Below the pieces are notes generated by a model. That model did no database searches. It saw nothing but the letters and a program-made list of their open reading frames with translations, and had not been told where the DNA came from. Below are positions 17,092 to 26,000 of a stretch of 64,000 nucleotides of DNA, in pieces (positions within the stretch are counted from its first letter, which is position 1; each line of letters begins with the position of its first letter). Source of the DNA: Verrucomicrobiota bacterium. GTDB taxonomy: Bacteria > Verrucomicrobiota > Verrucomicrobiia > Limisphaerales > SIBE01. Location of the stretch: positions 530 through 64,529 of the forward strand of contig VHCZ01000005.1 of NCBI GenBank assembly GCA_016871535.1, read 5' to 3'. The position numbers and the translations under genes were made by a program.

Positions 17092-18537
17092 ATGCCACTC
17101 GGCCTCATGGGAACCATGGAAGTCGCCAAGCGCGGGCTGGACGCCAACCGGCAAGGGATCGAACTGATCGGCCACAACCTTTCCAATGTCAGCAATCCGG
17201 CTTACGCGCGTCAGCGCCTCCGGATTCAAACCGCCGATGCGCTGCCCAGCTCCACCGGACCGGTAGGAACCGGGGCGAAAGTCTCGGCGATCGAACAAAT
17301 CCGGGACCGCCTGCTCGACAGCGAGATCGTGAGGGAGACCAGCGTATCCGGTTACCTCGAATCTCGGCAGAAAGCTTTGGAATTTGCGGAAGTGAATTTG
17401 GGCCAGCAGCTCCACCCCCTGCAGGCTTCTACGCCCGAAGGAGCCACGGCCAGCCTCGGAGTCGGCGGCCAGTTCGGCATCATCGAAGGGATCTCGGACT
17501 TTTTCAATGCCTGGCAAGCACTCAGCACCAGCCCGAGCTCGACGGCGGACCGCCAGATTGTTCTACTGAAGGGCGAAAGCCTCACCGAAAAGTTCAACAG
17601 CGTCACCACGCGGCTTTCAAATCTGCGCACCGACTTGAACCTCCGCGTTCAGGACGATGTGACTCTGGCGAACCAACTCCTGGCCGACATCAGCAACCTC
17701 AGCGTCAGCATCAGCGCGTCGGAGATCGGCGACCTCGGCAAATCCAATGACTTGCGGGATCGCCGCCAGGAGAAGCTCGAAGCCCTTTCCAAGCTGGCGA
17801 ACGTGACCTACTCCGAAGACTCTTTCACTCGACAATTGAACCTCTCCATCGGCGGCGCCAGCGTCATCGAGATCGACCGCGTCGTGGATACTTTGCAAGC
17901 AGTGGCGGATTCGAGCACCGGGGTTGAACGCACGCAGGTTCAAACCGCCGGCGGCGCCGCCGTCACGTTGACCAAGGGCGGCATCAAGGGCAGCATCGAC
18001 GCCCGAGATACTGAGATCAAAACGGTTTCCGACGATCTCGACACGCTGGCCGGCGAGTTAATCACGCAGGTCAATACGACCCATTCGGCAGGCATCGCGC
18101 TGGATGGGGTGAGCACGGGAGAGGTTTTCTTTTCCGGTTCGAATGCCTCCGACATCGCGTTGAACACGGGTTTGAGAGCCGACCCAAGCCGAATTCAAGC
18201 CAGTTCCACGGGCGATCCAGGCGACAACGGCGTGGCGCTGACTCTGGCCAGGATGGCGAACAAGCCTCAGGCAGCCCTGGGCAACCTCACGTTTTCCGAA
18301 CACTACAACCAGACGGTCGCTAACCTCGGCCAGGCGCTGAATAATACGAACAACCAGATGCAAGACCAGGATGCGGTGAACCGCATGCTGACTCGCCAGC
18401 GCGACTCCATCGGCGGCGTGTCCGTCGATGAGGAGATGGCCAACATGATCGTCTTTCAACGCGCCTTCCAAGCCTCGGCCCGCATGATCTCGACCCTGGA
18501 CGAACTGCTGCAAACCGTCATTAACCTGGCTCCGTAA
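17092..18537 (+). CDS. flgK: hook-associated protein 1 FlgK
   Basis: VAKRGLDANRQGIELIGHNLSNVSNPAYARQRL at the N-terminus and GVSVDEEMANMIVFQRAFQASARMISTLDELLQTVINL at the C-terminus. Confidence 0.9.
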   Translation: MPLGLMGTMEVAKRGLDANRQGIELIGHNLSNVSNPAYARQRLRIQTADALPSSTGPVGTGAKVSAIEQIRDRLLDSEIVRETSVSGYLESRQKALEFAEVNLGQQLHPLQASTPEGATASLGVGGQFGIIEGISDFFNAWQALSTSPSSTADRQIVLLKGESLTEKFNSVTTRLSNLRTDLNLRVQDDVTLANQLLADISNLSVSISASEIGDLGKSNDLRDRRQEKLEALSKLANVTYSEDSFTRQLNLSIGGASVIEIDRVVDTLQAVADSSTGVERTQVQTAGGAAVTLTKGGIKGSIDARDTEIKTVSDDLDTLAGELITQVNTTHSAGIALDGVSTGEVFFSGSNASDIALNTGLRADPSRIQASSTGDPGDNGVALTLARMANKPQAALGNLTFSEHYNQTVANLGQALNNTNNQMQDQDAVNRMLTRQRDSIGGVSVDEEMANMIVFQRAFQASARMISTLDELLQTVINLAP

Positions 18538-18560
18538 AACAATCCACCTCCCAGACCGAT

Positions 18561-19496
18561 ATGCGAGTCACCGCCAGTACTTTCCCGAACGTGATCCGGG
18601 CCCAACTGGAACGCCTCGCGACGCAGCAAGCGCGGCTCCATATTCAAGCCGGCACCGGCCAGCGGTTCCAAATGGCGAGCGAAGATCCGCGCGCCATGCG
18701 CAAGGTGCTCGACCTCCAAAACGAGATCAAAGCGATCACGCAATATGAGAAGAATATCGGGGCGTTGAAAGACGCACTGACCGCCTCCTTCGCGGCCATC
18801 GACGATTTGAAGAAAGTGTCGGATCGCGCGGGTGAAATCGCGACCCGGGCGGACAACCTTCGCACCCCCCAGGAACTTCAGGCCCTCTCCATCGAGGTGG
18901 ACCAACTGATCGAGCGCGCCCTCCAGTTGTCCAACACGCGCCACCAGGGGAACTACCTTTTCGGAGGGACCAAGAATACATCCTTGCCATTCGACCCGAC
19001 ACGGAACGCCCAGAATCAGATCACGAGCGTGGCCTACAACGGTTCCGAGACCGTCTCGTCCAGCGAAATTGCCGAGAATATCAATATTTCAGTGACCGTG
19101 CCTGGCGCAAACACGTCTGGCTCCGGGGAGCGCGGCTTGCTCCAGGACACTTCCGTTGGGGCCGATCTCTTTGCGCACTTGATTTCGCTGCGCGACAATC
19201 TCCTGAGTAACAAAACCGCGGCCATTCGAACGGGGGATCTCCCGAACCTGCTTAAGGACGAGGAAAACATCCTCTATCATTTCGGCAGCGTCGGCACGGA
19301 ACAGATTCGCCTGGATATGACCTCTTCAATCGCCAACACGCGCAAAATTTCCCTCGACAGCCTGGTTTCGAAGGAATCGGATGCAGACTTGGCCAAAACG
19401 CTCGTCTCCTTGAGCGAAATCCAGAACGCTTACGTGGCCGCGCTGAAAACCGGCGGCACCATCCTCAGCCAATCCCTCCTGGACTACATCAACTAA
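18561..19496 (+). CDS. flgL: hook-associated protein 3 FlgL
   Basis: MRVTASTF...LERLATQQARLHIQAGTGQRFQMASEDPRAMRKVLDLQNE (flagellin_N-like) and C-terminal LSEIQNAYVAALKTGGTILSQSLLDYI. Confidence 0.85.
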   Translation: MRVTASTFPNVIRAQLERLATQQARLHIQAGTGQRFQMASEDPRAMRKVLDLQNEIKAITQYEKNIGALKDALTASFAAIDDLKKVSDRAGEIATRADNLRTPQELQALSIEVDQLIERALQLSNTRHQGNYLFGGTKNTSLPFDPTRNAQNQITSVAYNGSETVSSSEIAENINISVTVPGANTSGSGERGLLQDTSVGADLFAHLISLRDNLLSNKTAAIRTGDLPNLLKDEENILYHFGSVGTEQIRLDMTSSIANTRKISLDSLVSKESDADLAKTLVSLSEIQNAYVAALKTGGTILSQSLLDYIN

Positions 19497-19517
19497 ACCC
19501 AGGCTTTTATTGGGTTC
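19495..19517. terminator. weak hairpin between convergent flgL and the glycan island
   Basis: AACCCA (19496-19501) / TGGGTT (19511-19516), a 6-bp stem with a 9-nt T-rich loop, in the 36-nt gap between convergent stops. Confidence 0.25.
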
Positions 19518-19532
19518 TCCAGAAAGCCGCAG

Positions 19533-22500
19533 CTACGACGGGTCCGCTTCTTGAAGCGCCTGATCGAGCATTGCCGCTGCTCTCGGCAGCACTTTGCGCA
19601 GCGCGGCAATTTGAGAATTGATCTTCTTCAATCCCTCCAGCGAGCGCGCGGCCAAGAGCCGCCGATACCAATTGACGAATTCCACGCTGAGCTGCGCTTC
19701 GTTTTCCGAGGGCGCGAGGGACGGAGTTTGGCCTTCCGCAAACTGGCAGATCAAGACCGCGGCCCGCGCGGAGGGTTCCTGAGCGTGGGCTGAATTCTGA
19801 AAGAACGGCAGGGCTTCGCTGAACCGGCCCCCCTTCAGCAACGCTTCGCCCCGCAACGCCCGGATCCCCGCGTGTTGCGGGAAATGCTTCAAGGCTTCCT
19901 CCGTCCAATCCACCGAGAACTCGGCGAACTCGGGTTTGCTGGCCGAGATGAAACTCCCCAGGTGCCAGAGATGCTCATCGTTGATGCCTTTGGCCATGAT
20001 GCCATGCAAGGTCTGCAGCGCTTCGAGTGAGCGGTCTGTGCGGTGCAGAAAATGGGCGTAATCGTGCAGGACGCCCGGCGTTTCGGGTTCAATGACGAGC
20101 GCCTGCTTGAAATGAGCCTCGGCCCGTTCGTTTTCTCCAATGACCGCGCAGCACTGGGCGAGCAGATGGTGCGGTCCCGCTTTGAACACTTGATGACACG
20201 GAGGCGTCAGCGTCGGCGCGTCGCGCTTGGCCAGACACGCTTCCAGATGCGGAATCGCCTCAGCGGCGCGTTTCATCCGCATCAGCGCGACCGCGGCCAG
20301 GAAGTGCATCGACGCGGTCGGCCCTGCGTCGCCGGCCAGACGCGAGGTCATGACATCCAGCACCTCGCCGAATAATTCCGCCTTGAGCGCGTGCACTCCG
20401 TAAATCGTGAGCAAGCGCTCGCGGACCTCAGGCAAAATGGACCCGGCCGGGTGCGGCGCCATGATGCGGAACGCGTGCCGGTATTTTTCCAGGCCTTCTT
20501 CCAGCCGCCCGTCGTTGACCAGGTCGAGTCCGTAATTCATGAGCAGCGCCGCTTCATTGGGCAGTTCCTGGACGGCTCGTTCCATCAGTCTGAGGTTCCG
20601 CTGGATTTTCTGCTTTCGTTTCACCAGGCCGGGATCGTAGCCATAGTGCATGATAGTCGCCGTGCCCATGGTCGCGTCCATGCCCCATTCGGCTTTGCGC
20701 GCAATCACGCTGGCGTAAATCTGCTCGTGAACCCGGCCGACGAAAAACAGGGCAGGCGCGTTTCGGAACAACCGCGGCACGTACGTCACGGAATCCGCCG
20801 CTTCATGAATGTTGCAGATCGGGATGCGGTAACCGAGCACGTTCGTCGCCGCCATGTCTCGGGACAGCTTTTCATGGCTTTCCTTCGGCAATTCTTCGTC
20901 CGCATCCAGAATCAAAACCCAATCGCCGCGCGCGTGCTCGTGCCCGGCGTTCCGCGCGTCGGCAAAATTGTCGTTCCAGTCAAAACGATAAATCTCCGCC
21001 CCGTGCTGCCGGGCAATCTCCACGGTGCGATCTTTGGATCCGGTGTCCACGACGACGATCTGGCTGGCGATGGGTTCCACCGACGCCAGGCACCGTCCGA
21101 TGTTGTCCTCTTCGTCTTTGGCGATGAGGCAGACGCTGAGGCGAGGTCTGTCGGGCCACTTGGGGAGCGGCGTCCAATTGATCTGGGACCGCTTGCCCTC
21201 GGCAGCGGTTTTGAGCGAAGCAAACACGCGCCGGGCCATTTCCCAGTTCGGTGTCATCCGAATCAAACGTTCCGCGCAAAGGAACGCCTGCCGTTCGTCG
21301 TCTGCCGACAGCGCAATCTCGATCATCTGCAAGTAGGCGTCGGGATGGAAAGGACGGAGTTTGATGGCTTCCAACGCCGCTTTCCACGCTTTCAAATACT
21401 TCTTCTGAGCCGCGAAATCTTGGGCCTTCTTCAACGAACCGATCAAGCCGGCGGCGGGTACTTCGATGGCCGGTTGCGGCGTCGCAGTCTCAGTTTTCGG
21501 GCGTTGAGTTAACCCAGCATCGCCTTCCCCCTCACCCCGGCCCTCTCCCCTGCCAGACTTTTCCGCAGCAGGGATCAGCCTTCCCTCTCCTTGGGGAGAG
21601 GGGCAGGGTGAGGGGAATCGTGCCACCGATTGCTCGCCGCGATTTGGATTCACGGCTGCGCGACCTGAATCCGGCAAAGTGATTGGACGAAGCCTAGTGG
21701 GATTCTCCGTCCGAGCCGCGAGGGCCTGCAAGCGTTTCTCGGCCGCTGCGGCCGCATGGGTCCAGGTCCATTTGCTGCGGACATGGACACTGGCGCGTTG
21801 CCCCAACAAGCGAGCCTCCGCAGGATGGGAGGCGACAAATTTCATCCGGTTGCTCAGAGCCTCCAGGTCAGGTTCCAGCAGCCAGCCTTGGCCCGCCAAT
21901 TCCAAATCTCCGACCTTGGTGCCGATGGATTGGCGCCGGGCGGGGATCCGGTACGCGAACTCTTCCGTCGCGAAATCGTCCGCCGCGCCTCCTGCCGTGA
22001 CGATCACGGGCAAACCGCACGCCATCGCCTCCAGAATCGGCAGCCCAAACCCCTCCCCGCGGTACGGATGAACCAGGCAATCGCAAGCCGTGTAGAGTCC
22101 GGGCATCTGTTCGGGCGCCAGGTCCTGGTTCAAGTAAACGATTTCCGGCGCGTTCGGATGACTCTGAAGCTGCCGGATCTGCGCTTCCAGCGTTTGGCCT
22201 TGGTAAAACGTGTTGGCGCCAAAATCCTTCACCACCAGGCAAACGTTATCCGCGGCCGTGAAGGATTTCAGATAAGCATTCAGCGCCAGGTCCGGTCCCT
22301 TGCGTCGAATCGTGCCGCCCACGAACAGGAACCTGAATTTCCGTGCCGTAGAGCAGGCATCCTGCCTGCCCTTCATTCCGTCTCGAGAGATTGAACCAGG
22401 CAAGCTGGAAGCCTGCCCTGCCTTTGGCAGCAAAAGCGGCGGCGCGTTCGGATGGAAACGATCGGGATTTGTCCCGTTGGGCACCACATAAACCTTCTCA

Positions 22501-23024
22501 GAAGGGATGCCGCTTTGAATGTAGCAATCTCGGACGAACGCACTTGGCACCCAGATTTCATCGACGCGATCTCGCAACACCGCGACCCAATCCTTCGGAA
22601 TGCAGCCAAATTCCCAGGGTTGAATGATCACCCAGTGACCGTCCTGGGGCGGCGTTGGGTTGAACGGCCATTGATGGCGCAAGTGAACGTGCGCCGGCCG
22701 GGCGAGAGGCGCGCGAACGCGACCGGCGATCTGGCCGAAGCGGGGATCAGCCTCCGGGCCGAATTGGTCGGGCTCGAACGGAAGAATGGAGAGGTCGTGG
22801 CCCCCCTCGATCAACTGGAGGCACAACTCGCGATTGATCAACGCCAGCGAATGGTGAACGAACTGCGACCCCTCCCAGATGATCGACAGCTTGCGTTCGG
22901 GGTGGCGCAGAGTTGCACTCTGCTGTATCGCCGATTTGGAATCGGAGGCGCGTGGACTGTTCGGAACGGATTCGAGTTTGCCGGCGCTTTGCAGGCTGCA
23001 ATCCTGCGATACGGCAGATTGCAA
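19533..23024 (-). CDS. multidomain glycosyltransferase: GT4-like, short TPR, GT2, C-terminal TPR array (1163 aa)
   Basis: GT4-type C-terminal half (LVHPYRGEGFGLPILEAMACGLPVIVT). GT2 (LSVCLIAKDEEDNIGRCLASVEPIASQIVVVDTGSKDRTVEIARQHGA...LILDADEEL). Multiple TPR-like helices at the C-terminus. No ATG start: the track uses TTG 23024. Contains in-frame repeat elements at 22348-22421 and 21527-21615. Confidence 0.85.
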   Translation of the reverse strand: MQSAVSQDCSLQSAGKLESVPNSPRASDSKSAIQQSATLRHPERKLSIIWEGSQFVHHSLALINRELCLQLIEGGHDLSILPFEPDQFGPEADPRFGQIAGRVRAPLARPAHVHLRHQWPFNPTPPQDGHWVIIQPWEFGCIPKDWVAVLRDRVDEIWVPSAFVRDCYIQSGIPSEKVYVVPNGTNPDRFHPNAPPLLLPKAGQASSLPGSISRDGMKGRQDACSTARKFRFLFVGGTIRRKGPDLALNAYLKSFTAADNVCLVVKDFGANTFYQGQTLEAQIRQLQSHPNAPEIVYLNQDLAPEQMPGLYTACDCLVHPYRGEGFGLPILEAMACGLPVIVTAGGAADDFATEEFAYRIPARRQSIGTKVGDLELAGQGWLLEPDLEALSNRMKFVASHPAEARLLGQRASVHVRSKWTWTHAAAAAEKRLQALAARTENPTRLRPITLPDSGRAAVNPNRGEQSVARFPSPCPSPQGEGRLIPAAEKSGRGEGRGEGEGDAGLTQRPKTETATPQPAIEVPAAGLIGSLKKAQDFAAQKKYLKAWKAALEAIKLRPFHPDAYLQMIEIALSADDERQAFLCAERLIRMTPNWEMARRVFASLKTAAEGKRSQINWTPLPKWPDRPRLSVCLIAKDEEDNIGRCLASVEPIASQIVVVDTGSKDRTVEIARQHGAEIYRFDWNDNFADARNAGHEHARGDWVLILDADEELPKESHEKLSRDMAATNVLGYRIPICNIHEAADSVTYVPRLFRNAPALFFVGRVHEQIYASVIARKAEWGMDATMGTATIMHYGYDPGLVKRKQKIQRNLRLMERAVQELPNEAALLMNYGLDLVNDGRLEEGLEKYRHAFRIMAPHPAGSILPEVRERLLTIYGVHALKAELFGEVLDVMTSRLAGDAGPTASMHFLAAVALMRMKRAAEAIPHLEACLAKRDAPTLTPPCHQVFKAGPHHLLAQCCAVIGENERAEAHFKQALVIEPETPGVLHDYAHFLHRTDRSLEALQTLHGIMAKGINDEHLWHLGSFISASKPEFAEFSVDWTEEALKHFPQHAGIRALRGEALLKGGRFSEALPFFQNSAHAQEPSARAAVLICQFAEGQTPSLAPSENEAQLSVEFVNWYRRLLAARSLEGLKKINSQIAALRKVLPRAAAMLDQALQEADPS
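21527..21615. repeat. G/C-rich imperfect palindromic element inside the 1163-aa ORF
   Basis: Arms CCCCTCACCCCGGCCCTCTCCCC (21527-21550) and GGGGAGAGGGGCAGGGTGAGGGG (21593-21615) are reverse complements with 2 mismatches. Translated in frame as ...PSPCPSPQGEGRLIPAAEKSGRGEGRGEGEG... Confidence 0.7.
22348..22421. repeat. 74-bp double-hairpin element (copy D), in frame inside the GT4 domain of the 1163-aa ORF
   Basis: gtagagcaggcatcctgcctgcc...caggcaagctggaagcctgccctgc is homologous to the 77-bp copies at 25017, 25734 and 26481. It encodes AGQASSLPGSISRDGMKGRQDACST. Confidence 0.75.
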
Positions 23025-23062
23025 ATCTGCGCTACGCGCAAGTTCGGGGCCGTCCTCAGGCG

Positions 23063-26000
23063 CTACCGTTTTTTTTTTCGCCGGGCAGGCTTGCTGGAGG
23101 AAGGCGGAGGAGAAGACGGCGGTTTAGTGAGCAAATCAAGATTCTCGCGGGCGACCGCATTCTGCGGATCGATCTGGAGAACTCGCTCGAAAACCATTTT
23201 CGCCGATTCCGCGTCGCCGGTTTTGTAGAAGCAAACCGCCAGCGGCAGCATCACTTCGGTGTCGTCCGGAGCCTGGAGAAGGATCTTGTGGTAGGTCTGG
23301 GCGGCGTCCTTGAAACGGTTCTCTCGAAAATTCAGGTCGGCCAACAACCGCAGCGCCGGGCGGTAGGTCGGATCATTTTCGAGCACGCGCCCAAGCACGG
23401 CTTCAAATTCGGGAATCCGTTCCAAACCCAGCAACGCCAGGGCCAGGCGAGTCTGGTAGTCCGAGGAATTGGGGAGCATCTGGGTTGCCCGCTGCAGTTC
23501 CTGGCAACTCGCGCTCAAGTCGCCCTTCTGGTAAAGGACACTGCCGAGGGCCGCGCAAATCTCGTGACTGTCGGGGCTCGCCTTCAGCGCTTCTTGGAGC
23601 GCCGCCGCAACCCCGGCCAGGTCTCCCGCAGACCACAATGCATTTGCCCGGGAAAGTTGCTCATCCAAAGCGCGCGTGCCGGCCTTCTCGATCGCGGAAT
23701 GCGGAGCGCGGAGTGCGGAATGGTCAGACTGCCCACTGACCTCTGACAACTGATCACTGGCCACTGATAACTGTCCACTCCCCTTCGCCACGCGAAGGTT
23801 GTCCAGGAGCACCTTCAGATTCTCCCTGGCCAATGTGTGTTCGGGTTCCAATTCCAGAATCCGCTCAAAAATCATTTTGGCGGTCTCGTAATCGCCTGTC
23901 TTGTAGAAGCAAACTGCCAGGGGCATCAGAACCTCCAGATCGTTCGGAGTCTGCTTGAGCATCTTCCCGAAAGCCTGGGCGGCGCTCTGGATCTTGCCTT
24001 GGTTGAAATCGACCTGCGCGCGGAGTCGAAGGGCGTCGAGGCAGTTCGAGTCCAATTCCATCGCCTTGGCCAACGCGGATTCAAATTCAGCCAATTCGCC
24101 CAACTGATAGTGGCACAACGCGAGTTGCACCCATTTGCCGGGATCGGACGGAGCAATCTGCACCAACCGTTCCAAATGAATGCGCGCCTGCCGCAAGTCG
24201 CCCAGTTGGAAACAAACTGTGCCGATCGCGGATAGAATCTCCGGAGAATCTGGCGCGAACGCCAGCGCCGCCTTGAGCGCGTCGCGCGCTTCGGCGAGGT
24301 TTTGCGACCCCACCGCCGCATCGGCCTTGGTCAACCACTGGTTCAACTGGGCAATTTCAGATTTCTCGGACTGCTGAGCCTCGGCAACCGACAACTGACC
24401 ACTGGCAACTGACAACTGGCCACTGTTCTCGCTCTTCTGGTCGAGCTGATAAAGATTCTCCCGCGCCGTGACATTGTTGGGGTCCATTTCGAGAACCCGG
24501 TTATAGACCATGCGAGCGGACTCGAAATCCGCGCCGCGATAAAAGCAAAGCCCCAGGCTCAGCAAGGTCTCCAGGTCATCCGGCTGGCGTTCCAGCAACT
24601 TGGCGTAGGCGCGGCCCGCGTCGCGCACCCGGTTGTTCTCCAGGTTGGTTTTGGCGAGAAACTTGAGCGCTTCGCGATGGTGCGGATCGATCTCCAGCGC
24701 GAGTCCGAGCGCGGCCTCCATTTCCTCGATGCGATTCACCTTCAGACAGGCCATGGCCAGCCGCGTATAGGCATCGACGTCGCGAGGCTTGATTTCGATC
24801 AATCGGCGGAATTGCTCCCGGGCCGCTTCGTAGTTTCCCTGGGTGAAGTGCAGGCTGCCCAGCGCCGAGCGAATCTGCGGGTCGCGCGGCGCCAATTCGA
24901 CCGCCTGTTCGAGAGTCTCCAGCGCGGCCTGCCGATTGCTGACCTCGCAGAAGAAATTCGCCTGGTCCATCAGTTTCGCCAAAGCCGACTGGTCGGTTGC
25001 CACTTGCGGTGGAGGAGTAGGGCAGGCATCCTGCCTGCCTTTCTTTCCGTCATCAGAGACCGTTGATTGAGGCAGGCTGGAAGCCTGCCCTACGTTCTCG
25101 ATTGCGGATTGAGACGACTGATCACTGACAACTGACAACTGATTACTCTCCCTGCCTTCCGACAGCTTCTGACGAATGGCCACCAGGTTCTCCTTCGCGA
25201 CCGGATCGTCCGGGTGCCGTTCCAAAGCGCGCTCAAAGACCAGTCTGGCCGTCTCCAGGTCGCCATCCTTGAAAAAGCAGACGCCGAGCGGCAACAGCGC
25301 GTCCAGGTCGTCCGGGTGCCGGCTCAAGATTTTCGTGTAGGCCTGAGCAGCATCCTTGAGGCGACCGTTCTGAACATTCAAATCGCCCAAAAGCTTCAGC
25401 GCATCGCGATGGTGGGGATCAATCTCCAGCGCCCGGCCCAGCGCGACTTCAAACTCCTCGATCTGATCGAGCTTCAAGTTAGCCAGCGCAAGCTGCACGA
25501 AGACCGCCGGATCGCGCCGGTTCACTTCGGTGGCCCGCTGTAGATACTGATAGGCCTGCTCGAATTCATTCAAAGCGAAACAAATCGCCCCGGCCGCGGC
25601 GAGCGCCCTCGGCTCATCACGCTCCAACCGCAACGCCTCGACCAACAGTTCTTTCGCTCTGGCGAGGTTCCCCCGCTGGTGTTCGGTCTGCGCCTTTTCC
25701 AGGAGACCATCGATTGCGGAGTGCGGTTGAAGAGCAGGGCAGGCATCCTGCCTGCCTGTCTTGCCCTCTTCCAAGACCGTTGATTCGGGCAGGCTGGAAG
25801 CCTGCCCTACGTTCTCCATCGCGGATTGTGGATTGCGGATTGCGGATTCGGGCGACTGATCACCGCTCACTGACAACGGATCACTGACCACTGATAACTG
25901 CCCCACGGCCATCCTCTGCCGGATCACATCGAGATTCTCCTTCGCCACGGGATTTCCGGGATGCTTCTCCAGCACGCGCTCGAACACCAGCTTCGCCGTC

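Noticed and set aside
20391-21512. Long antisense ORFs overlapping the big - strand genes (20391-21512, 22452-23228, 22913-23746, 33401-34513, 48394-49563, 53883-54782, 55567-56283, 62146-63279 and many shorter ones)
   Set aside because: Typical shadow ORFs of GC-rich coding DNA. They are Arg/Gly/Pro-rich with no recognisable motifs, whereas the opposite strand carries clear enzyme signatures.
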